A stretch of 13,576 bases of DNA from Candidatus Hermodarchaeota archaeon (GTDB lineage: Archaea; Asgardarchaeota; Hermodarchaeia; Hermodarchaeales; Hermodarchaeaceae): the NCBI GenBank assembly GCA_016839365.1, contig JAEOUH010000014.1, forward strand, positions 1 through 13,576, in the 5' to 3' direction. The translations under genes were made by a program, and so were the position numbers. Positions 1 through 6,406 of the stretch are shown here, in pieces. The notes below the pieces were generated by a model. The model ran no database searches, was not told where the DNA came from, and worked only from the letters and a program-made list of their open reading frames with translations. How positions within the stretch are numbered: position 1 is the stretch's first letter; every line of letters begins with the position of its first letter.

Positions 1-43
1 CGCGCCAGTAAGCAAGAAATATTCCGGGCATTCTAATGTTCAT
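1..43 (-). CDS. possible 5' end of a divergent gene running off the window (MNIRMPGIFLAYWR...; alternative ATG at 31)
   Basis: Two in-frame ATGs on the minus strand (43 and 31), open to the window edge, facing an AT-rich intergenic region. Only 14 codons are visible. Confidence 0.35.
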   Translation of the reverse strand, partial: MNIRMPGIFLAYWR

Positions 44-70
44 TTAACCTACATAATGACCGACTTAATT

Positions 71-88
71 TTATTTTTCAAAAAATAA
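71..88. promoter_or_regulatory. perfect AT-rich inverted repeat TTATTTTT-CA-AAAAATAA, possible operator
   Basis: 8-bp arms with a 2-bp spacer in the divergent intergenic region. Low complexity reduces its significance. Confidence 0.3.
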
Positions 89-210
89 CCGTTTCAAGGC
101 TTTTTTATGGAATTCTCTTCCATGTCCCTTTAGTACTGTAGAATAGATTTTCCTTACTGATTTTCATTATGTGCTTTTCTAAACCGCTTAGACGACTTGG
201 AGAAAACATG

Positions 211-224
211 CGAAGCTTTATATG
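211..224 (+). promoter_or_regulatory. archaeal BRE/TATA promoter (CGAAGCTTTATATG) for the 279-1996 operon
   Basis: Purine-rich BRE-like segment followed by TTTATAT about 55 bp upstream of ATG 279. A near-identical GAAGCTTTTATAT lies upstream of arcC on the minus strand. Confidence 0.6.
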
Positions 225-230
225 CTGTAA

Positions 231-270
231 AATGAAGATGAATGAATATCAATGAAACTTAATGAGGTAA
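231..270 (+). repeat. four AATGA direct repeats with exact 10-bp period
   Basis: AATGAAGATG / AATGAATATC / AATGAAACTT / AATGAGGTAA start at 231, 241, 251 and 261. A degenerate fifth unit (tATGc) lies in phase at 221. Confidence 0.75.
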
Positions 271-278
271 CGTGAGCG

Positions 279-482
279 ATGGCAACCGAAAAAGCGTCAG
301 CGTCTGGGAGAGCTCATCCGGACGCGATGGCCCGTCTCCAAGCTCCCAGCATCGAGGAGCAGCTCAAGGAGGCCATGCCTTTGGTGACGGCGACGTTACG
401 TGTTCGGATTGCTCGAACGATTGCACAACTACGCGAAGATGAATCATTGGCCAAACGAAAAAGAGGAGTGAGGAATGCGTGA
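279..482 (+). CDS. small hypothetical alpha-helical protein with basic C-terminus (67 aa)
   Basis: GAGGT SD at 264-268, upstream TATA box, and its stop overlaps the next start (GTGA). Confidence 0.65.
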   Translation: MATEKASASGRAHPDAMARLQAPSIEEQLKEAMPLVTATLRVRIARTIAQLREDESLAKRKRGVRNA

Positions 483-760
483 GTGACAAAGTCAAAGCGC
501 TTCAACCCAAATTACGAATACAAGAAGCAGTGACACAACTTGATGCGACCACAGTCTTGGAACTAATTACCCCCACTGCCAGGACCTTTGAGTGCCAACG
601 TAATGGACACCTGGTGGATGGCGGCTACTGTGCCCTCTTCTGCCCTATCGGTAAGGAGATGGTTATCTTTGATCCAACTGGTGGCATCGAAGTCGTCTGT
701 CCCTTTGCCTACAACAACTTCTTGGGGCGAATGGGTGACGGTGTCTCATCTGATGCATAG
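479..760 (+). CDS. small hypothetical protein, putative Zn/metal-binding (C-x11-C-x3-C-x18-C) (93 aa)
   Basis: GTG start overlaps the upstream TGA, with GAGGAG and GAGG SD-like runs upstream. Four spaced Cys plus a His in FECQRNGH..YCALFCP..VVCPF. Confidence 0.75.
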   Translation: MSDKVKALQPKLRIQEAVTQLDATTVLELITPTARTFECQRNGHLVDGGYCALFCPIGKEMVIFDPTGGIEVVCPFAYNNFLGRMGDGVSSDA

Positions 761-835
761 CGAAAGGGTATCTGGGAGAAGCGTGTGAACAAACAACCAG
801 GGAGAAAAGAAATCCTCCATCATAGGTGATGAAAG

Positions 836-1996
836 ATGTTCGCTTTCGATGAGCGATTGAAGAGTCTAGGCTGGTCGGATTTTCCATTCCGTATTGATGT
901 TATGCCTGAAGTCTTCGCTGGGCAAAAAAGATTGCTCAATCCCTTAACGATTCAACTGCGAACCGGTAACATCATTCTCATCGAAGGCGGTCGGGGGACT
1001 GGGAAAACGCATATACTACGGTGGTTAAATGATTCTCTGGCAAAATCAAAGGGTATGGTTCCTCTTCTTATTTCTGAACCCTTGAACTCATCGATATTGA
1101 GCAATGCATTGGTTTCGCTGATGAACCATCATCTCATGACGAAAAATAAAATTGTTCCAACACTCGTCGATGCAATGGGGGCAAAAGTTCGTGAGTTCCA
1201 CCAACAGAGTAATCAACGGATCGTCCTGTTAATTGATGACAGTCAGTCACTCGCCTTGACACATGATGATTCAGAAACCATCGAAGCGGAGAAACGAAAA
1301 ACAGTTCGGTGGCTACGGGTTCTAAGCGATTTACCTGCCGTCGTTGTATTCATGGCTGGGCTCACTGGATTCTCAAAAGCTCTAACAAGTATCTTTCCCC
1401 CGATAGCCGAACGGGTCACATTAGAATTCGCCTTAGAGGCCGAAGGACCCGAAGGCATCGAAGTCCTCACAGTAAAAGAAACCGAGCAGCTCATTCGCGA
1501 ACGCATCCAACATTTCGGTGGAAAGGGATTGACACCCTTTAACGCTGAGGCCATTGAAGAAATTCATCTTCATACTCGTGGTTATCCCCGCAGTACCTTA
1601 CGATTCTGTGAAAATATCATCTCATTAGCCTTTCAGGACGACACACCAGCCGGAGACCGTATCACGCGGGAATTCGTGCAACAAGTCATCAAACAGCGAC
1701 CCAGTCCACCACCAGTTACAGCACTAGCACCTAGTACTTTAGATCAGGCACGATTTATCGAAACGAGTCCAGCAGATGAAGATGAGGAATGGTTCGAAGA
1801 GTTCGATGAACTCACCGCCACTCAACGGGAAATTTTGAACATTACAAAAGAACTGAAACGAGTCACATCAGCAGTCGTTGCAGAAGAAATTGGTATCACG
1901 AAGGGCACAGCGTCTAATGAGCTCAAAAAATTATATGACATGGAAAAAATTCAGCGACGTAAAGGGTACCGTGGATATGAATACGTGCCCCGCTAA
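836..1996 (+). CDS. AAA+ ATPase (ExeA/GspA-like, AAA_22/initiator clade) with C-terminal winged helix-turn-helix
   Basis: SD AGGTGA at 824-829. N-terminal LGWSDFPF motif, Walker A GGRGTGKT, Walker B LLIDDSQ, Arg finger IAERV, sensor-II GYPRSTLRFC, a Pro-rich/acidic linker, then wHTH LTATQREIL...VAEEIGITKGTASNELKKL. Confidence 0.88.
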   Translation: MFAFDERLKSLGWSDFPFRIDVMPEVFAGQKRLLNPLTIQLRTGNIILIEGGRGTGKTHILRWLNDSLAKSKGMVPLLISEPLNSSILSNALVSLMNHHLMTKNKIVPTLVDAMGAKVREFHQQSNQRIVLLIDDSQSLALTHDDSETIEAEKRKTVRWLRVLSDLPAVVVFMAGLTGFSKALTSIFPPIAERVTLEFALEAEGPEGIEVLTVKETEQLIRERIQHFGGKGLTPFNAEAIEEIHLHTRGYPRSTLRFCENIISLAFQDDTPAGDRITREFVQQVIKQRPSPPPVTALAPSTLDQARFIETSPADEDEEWFEEFDELTATQREILNITKELKRVTSAVVAEEIGITKGTASNELKKLYDMEKIQRRKGYRGYEYVPR

Positions 1997-2049
1997 TGAT
2001 TCTTTTCAAACAGAATTTTGCAGGAATTCGTCTGAACTGCTTAGAGACA

Positions 2050-2061
2050 CATATCTTTAAG
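2050..2061 (+). promoter_or_regulatory. putative TATA box (TTTAAG) for the GTPase gene pair
   Basis: CTTTAAG about 50 bp upstream of ATG 2113. The same CTTTAAG occurs at 11301-11307 before the radical SAM gene. Confidence 0.4.
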
Positions 2062-2112
2062 TGACACTTCCACGGAATTAACATTAGAAAAACCTGCTGC
2101 CGGGACCAGCCT

Positions 2113-2661
2113 ATGTCACACGATGCATTTGATTACCTCTTCAAAGTGGTTCTCGTTGGTGACGCTGAAGTCGGTAAAACCAGTCTCACGACACGCTTCG
2201 CCTATGGTACTTTTACCGATGGCTATATTTCAACTCTCGGCGTTGATTTCATTGTTAAATCCCTACCCCTAAGCAATTATATCGTTAAGCTCCAAGCTTG
2301 GGATACAGCAGGGCAAGAGCGGTACGCAGGAGTTCGGCCTATTTACTATCGAGGTGCGAGAGGAGCTCTTTTGGTCTTTGATATCACGGTGCGACAAAGC
2401 TTTGTAAATGTCGATAAATGGTTAGAGCAAATTCACAAATTTTCAGGTCCAGATGTGCCGATCATCCTGGTAGGGAATAAAATTGACCTGCTTGAATCCA
2501 GGGTCGTTACCTCTGATGAGCTGCGTGTCTATGCATCTCAAAAAGGAATGCAATATTTTGAAACCAGTGCGAAAACCGATTATGGCGTCAATGAAGTCTT
2601 TCATAAGCTCGCAGAACTTATTCTCGCTTACGAACTTGCCAAAGAAGGGTCACAGGAATAG
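2113..2661 (+). CDS. Rab-like small GTPase (Ras superfamily)
   Basis: G1 GDAEVGKT, G2 Thr in YISTLGVDF, G3 WDTAGQE, G4 NKID, G5 ETSAK. Rab-family motifs LGVDF, KLQAW, YYRGA and LVFDIT, plus N-terminal FDYLFKVVLVG. No Cys, so no prenylation site. Confidence 0.96.
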   Translation: MSHDAFDYLFKVVLVGDAEVGKTSLTTRFAYGTFTDGYISTLGVDFIVKSLPLSNYIVKLQAWDTAGQERYAGVRPIYYRGARGALLVFDITVRQSFVNVDKWLEQIHKFSGPDVPIILVGNKIDLLESRVVTSDELRVYASQKGMQYFETSAKTDYGVNEVFHKLAELILAYELAKEGSQE

Positions 2662-2699
2662 CAGGGACCATACGCCATTAATGCCCAGGTCGAAGTGTG

Positions 2700-3908
2700 A
2701 TGAATGAGAATGCTTCAGATTCGAGAATTCAAACACCAAGACTAATCTGGGAACTTCTCGGGCAATATCTAACACTAAGCGAAAAATATGATAAACGAAC
2801 CAAAGTAATCGAAGAACACGCGAATCAACGTCTTATCCGGTATTTTCAAGAAAAATCCCCTGAGCTTAAACATCATTTAGTAGATACAAATGCGTTAATC
2901 GGATACATTGACGAATATGTAGATTATTTGTTGATTTATTACGCATATTATCGGAGCGTTCGTCGGGGTATGGAAACGCTCTTTGCATCAATCGGTATAA
3001 CCGACCACCGCATGTTCGCTGAAATGGTACGTGCAACCAGTGATCCACGGGTGAAAATTCAGATCAATGATTTAGACCAAAAGGGTGTAGATTGGTTTCT
3101 TCGTCAGTTTCTCGATGAATTTCAAGCCGTAGAACGCCATATAAAGCGGCTAGGTGACTACCTTCCAAAATTGAGGGAAGCCGTGGAACAAACCTACAGT
3201 GAAAGCATGCAACGTTTTTGTGATGTACTCCAATATGCGACATCAGATGAATCGAAACAGCTTCGAATAGACGGATATGCAAAAGTGGAAACAGCATTAG
3301 AGAATGAAGATTTGAGCAAAAAGGTGAACCATGTAGTAGAAGCGGTTGACTTCTTTGTCAGGGATGCACAGAACCATCCTACATTCATTCTTACCGAGTC
3401 AACAGGATATTTTGGTGCAGCAGAACTGGAAGAGTTTGACCAAAAGATTACTTCCTTCAAGAGTGTTCATGAACTCTTTAAGGAGCATGTCAGCCTTTCG
3501 AATCGTACCCGCTGGATCTATGAACGCCATCACACCACCTTATTTTCAAGTATCTTTGAAGGCTCGCACTTGGAATTACTAGAGATGCGGGACAGAATAA
3601 GCAGGGGGGAGCCATTGAAGACTTATGAGTCGCACATCCGGGATTGTCAGGGTATGCTCCTCGGCGTTTCTCAAGCGTATTCCCTGTTTTTAGAGTATAG
3701 TGCTTATTCCCAACAGATGCTAACTTTGGTTGATGCATATAGGGAAATTGCTAATTTCCTTCAAAGTGAGTTAGTTCAAATTTTGTATACCATGGAATTG
3801 CAACGGAACCATTTGTACCTTGAAGTCCGTGATGACTTCCGACAAACTTTAGACAAGTTCCAGCAAACCCTCTTGGAAGTCTGTTCCCTAAACACTACAG
3901 AAAATTAG
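2700..3908 (+). CDS. hypothetical all-alpha-helical (helical bundle/rod) protein, 402 aa
   Basis: Long ORF 38 bp after the GTPase stop, with AGGT at 2687-2690 before ATG 2700 (GTG 2697 is an alternative start). Amphipathic E/L/Q/R-rich helices, few Pro or Gly, no TM segment, no recognisable enzyme motif. Confidence 0.85.
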   Translation: MNENASDSRIQTPRLIWELLGQYLTLSEKYDKRTKVIEEHANQRLIRYFQEKSPELKHHLVDTNALIGYIDEYVDYLLIYYAYYRSVRRGMETLFASIGITDHRMFAEMVRATSDPRVKIQINDLDQKGVDWFLRQFLDEFQAVERHIKRLGDYLPKLREAVEQTYSESMQRFCDVLQYATSDESKQLRIDGYAKVETALENEDLSKKVNHVVEAVDFFVRDAQNHPTFILTESTGYFGAAELEEFDQKITSFKSVHELFKEHVSLSNRTRWIYERHHTTLFSSIFEGSHLELLEMRDRISRGEPLKTYESHIRDCQGMLLGVSQAYSLFLEYSAYSQQMLTLVDAYREIANFLQSELVQILYTMELQRNHLYLEVRDDFRQTLDKFQQTLLEVCSLNTTEN

Positions 3909-3966
3909 CCGATCCATCAATCGCTTGGTTTTGCTCTATTATCCTACACGCCCACTTGCTCTGTGG

Positions 3967-3981
3967 TAAAAACCTTTTTAG
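3967..3981 (+). promoter_or_regulatory. putative BRE/TATA promoter (AAAAACCTTTTTAG) for the sensor-receiver pair
   Basis: A-rich BRE-like run followed by TTTTTA about 25 bp before TTG 4006. Confidence 0.5.
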
Positions 3982-4005
3982 CTTGAGATTCGTTCCTCTT
4001 TTCTA

Positions 4006-6045
4006 TTGTTTTGGTCTGGAAGTGCGGGTGTGGTGTTAGAAAAGCTTCAAAGCAGTCGCTGGTTTCGAAGCTATAACCAAAAACTCGTTGCAATCGCGAC
4101 ACCAATTGCATTCCTTCTCTCAGTGCTTCCACTTGTCATCGGATTCTTCGCACCCCAAATTGCGGGGGTCTATCTGATTAGCGCATACATTGTTGTTTTT
4201 TTGACGGTTTTTGGAGTATGCCTAGCTCTGCGAGGGTTTCATAATCAGACTGCTAGACGATTGGTCTTCATTGTTGCCGGGGCGAGTTTCGTAGGTGCCT
4301 TGGCTCATTACTGGCTTCTGATTGAAACCGTCTTTTTTGGCTTTCCCATCATATACCCCAATGTCTCTGCCTACATTGCTGTCACAGCAAATCTGATTCT
4401 ACTCGTGGGATTCATATTGGTCTCAGTTGAACAACGTAGACGGTCCAGGCGGCAAATTACCGGTTATATGCTGATTACCTTATTCTTTGCGGCTTGTATT
4501 TTATCGACTTATCAAATGAATCTCATTTTTGAACCACCAGTCCTTCCAGCAATTGGAACCGGTGTGCGAATACTTCTTGGTTTCTTTACTGCAATCTTTG
4601 CCTGGGCTTTTTACTTCAACACAGATCCATCCCAAGAGGTCATTAGCCGATTCAGTCGTATAATGCTAGTAATTTCTAGTCTTTTTCTCATCCTTGGCTA
4701 TACTGCTTTCGCTTATCAATATGCCATGAGCTGGCAGGCTGTCTCGGTTTTCTATTATGCTGGCTCGCTATCAGATTCTTTCACGCTCTTCGCCATCTTC
4801 TTCTTTCTCATTTCAGTATTGACTATTTTTGGTAAAACTCTCGAGGATATGGCCACCATTCGTCCTATATCTGTGAAATACGAAGGTATCACTCGGGTTA
4901 TCTTAATTCTCTCTTTACTCGTGGTGATGACACTCATCGCCACCATAACGATTTTTTTGACTAGTCGTGTGCTTCTGGTTTTTTTGAGCCCGATTGATGC
5001 CATGATCGCGTTACAGGCTATTGGCATCGGGTTACTCATAGGATTCATCATAGTTGGGCTAATAGTTGGGGGAATTGGGTACTTCCTTGCCCGGTTGATA
5101 TATCAGCCTTTAGAACAACTTGAAATAGAAACCAGTGCGGTCACAGAGCCAGGATTGATTTCTTATCAAGAGCCGGTTGGTTTAGTTTTCACAGAACTTC
5201 AGGGAATTTCGGATAGTTTCACAAACATCCTTACTGAATTAAGTCGTGTGCGTGCAGAGTTACGCCGATTCACAGTTGTTGAAAGACGTCCTCTAACTCC
5301 TTCAAAATCCCAGCTAGTCAAACTCGACTATTATTTGGGTGTACTCAACAACACGATCACAAGTGGGCTGCAATCTATTCTAAGTCTCACTGAAATTGGG
5401 CAGGGCACATCCAATCCAGAGGAACGATTGGAGGCCTTGAACCTGATCCACTCCGAAATACAAGAAATTCAATATATGCTCAGAAGCGTCCAATTGCTGC
5501 GACTCATCGATATTCAGGCATTGCCTGAGCTTAGCCGAATCGATTTGAGGTCTGTGATTACTCAGATCATTAATGAACTACACACGCTCTTCCCTGAATC
5601 CGCAAGTCAAATCTCACTTTCCCTTCCCAGTAATGCGGCATTCGTATTAGTGAATGAGTACGTTACGCAAATCTTTCAGCCCCTCTTCCGGTTAGTCTTG
5701 ACTCAAGGGGGTGGGGGTTCGTCCACTATAGATGTAACCTTCTCAAATGTCACTGAGTTAGGAACCGATTTTTGGCAGGTAGATATCTCCCACCCAAAAT
5801 GGGTGCTCTCTGATCTTGAAAAAGTCCTTTTATTCCGAGAAGACATTGAACAGCCACAAAAAGCAAATCCCAACCTCCTTCTGGTTCCTGCCTTAATCGA
5901 ATACTATCGTGGCAAATTCAGGGTTACAAATATCGTACTCGATGATCCACAGTATGGGACCCTACTACAAGTGTTACTTCCCAAGGCGAAACTACCCCGA
6001 GTTCGCACACAACGCAAGTCTAGGAAGAAATCAGGAGCTGACTGA
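4006..6045 (+). CDS. multi-pass membrane sensor with HAMP-like, DHp-like and HATPase-like domains; degenerate (pseudo) histidine kinase
   Basis: About 10 hydrophobic segments, then HAMP-like IYQPLEQL...ELQGISDSFTNIL, DHp-like VLNNTITSGLQSILSLTE, IDLRSVITQII and a C-terminal LIEYYRGKFRV...GTLLQVLLPKA typical of HATPase ends. H, N, G1 and G2 boxes are not conserved. The start may instead be GTG 4030 or 4033. Confidence 0.85.
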   Translation: MFWSGSAGVVLEKLQSSRWFRSYNQKLVAIATPIAFLLSVLPLVIGFFAPQIAGVYLISAYIVVFLTVFGVCLALRGFHNQTARRLVFIVAGASFVGALAHYWLLIETVFFGFPIIYPNVSAYIAVTANLILLVGFILVSVEQRRRSRRQITGYMLITLFFAACILSTYQMNLIFEPPVLPAIGTGVRILLGFFTAIFAWAFYFNTDPSQEVISRFSRIMLVISSLFLILGYTAFAYQYAMSWQAVSVFYYAGSLSDSFTLFAIFFFLISVLTIFGKTLEDMATIRPISVKYEGITRVILILSLLVVMTLIATITIFLTSRVLLVFLSPIDAMIALQAIGIGLLIGFIIVGLIVGGIGYFLARLIYQPLEQLEIETSAVTEPGLISYQEPVGLVFTELQGISDSFTNILTELSRVRAELRRFTVVERRPLTPSKSQLVKLDYYLGVLNNTITSGLQSILSLTEIGQGTSNPEERLEALNLIHSEIQEIQYMLRSVQLLRLIDIQALPELSRIDLRSVITQIINELHTLFPESASQISLSLPSNAAFVLVNEYVTQIFQPLFRLVLTQGGGGSSTIDVTFSNVTELGTDFWQVDISHPKWVLSDLEKVLLFREDIEQPQKANPNLLLVPALIEYYRGKFRVTNIVLDDPQYGTLLQVLLPKAKLPRVRTQRKSRKKSGAD

Positions 6046-6046
6046 C

Positions 6047-6403
6047 TTGGCCAGGGCTGTGATGATCATTACTCCTCATGAGTCATTAAGCCGATCAATT
6101 GCGAAGCTAATTACTCAAGCAGGATTTGATGTTTGTCCTGGTGTGGATAACTTGGGAGGTTTTCGCCATGCATTAAATGCGGCTGAAACGCCTCCAAATG
6201 TACTCCTCGTCGATTATTGGTTAAGTCGGGCACAAACCATCGATTTCATCAAGAGCCTGAAACGTCAACGGTTTGTTGTGATTCTAATGGGAACACATTT
6301 TCTTGGTAAAGATGTGGCGGCCGCAGAGGGGATTGGATTCCTCGAGAAACCATTCACTAAAAGCGACCTTGTAAAAGCCATTGCTTCCGCGAAACAGAAA
6401 TAA
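6047..6403 (+). CDS. stand-alone atypical response-regulator receiver (CheY-like) domain, 118 aa
   Basis: TTG start 1 bp after the sensor stop, with SD AGGAG at 6033-6037. Receiver pattern PNVLLVDYWL (Asp kept) and FLEKPF (Lys kept), but beta-1 ends IITPH instead of the acidic DD/ED pair. Confidence 0.85.
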   Translation: MARAVMIITPHESLSRSIAKLITQAGFDVCPGVDNLGGFRHALNAAETPPNVLLVDYWLSRAQTIDFIKSLKRQRFVVILMGTHFLGKDVAAAEGIGFLEKPFTKSDLVKAIASAKQK

Positions 6404-6406
6404 CGT

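Noticed and set aside
231-270. CRISPR array
   Set aside because: Units are 10 bp with a 5-bp core, far too short, and there are no cas genes.
753-852. Chain of overlapping mini-ORFs (753-788, 785-829, 829-852) linked by GTGA and TGATG overlaps
   Set aside because: Only 7-14 codons each. The overlaps are explained by the SD AGGTGA of the ATPase and by chance.
836-1996. orc1/cdc6 with an adjacent oriC, or TnsC/IstB of a transposon
   Set aside because: The N-terminus is ExeA-like rather than Cdc6-like, no G-string ORB boxes are seen in 44-278, and there is no transposase or terminal repeat in the window.
4006-6045. Calling the sensor a pseudogene or an active histidine kinase
   Set aside because: The frame is intact with no stops or frameshifts, yet all catalytic boxes are substituted.
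5909-6046. N-terminal extension of the receiver ORF in the ORF track
   Set aside because: Overlaps the sensor C-terminus by 137 bp. TTG 6047 has a good SD and begins at the receiver fold.
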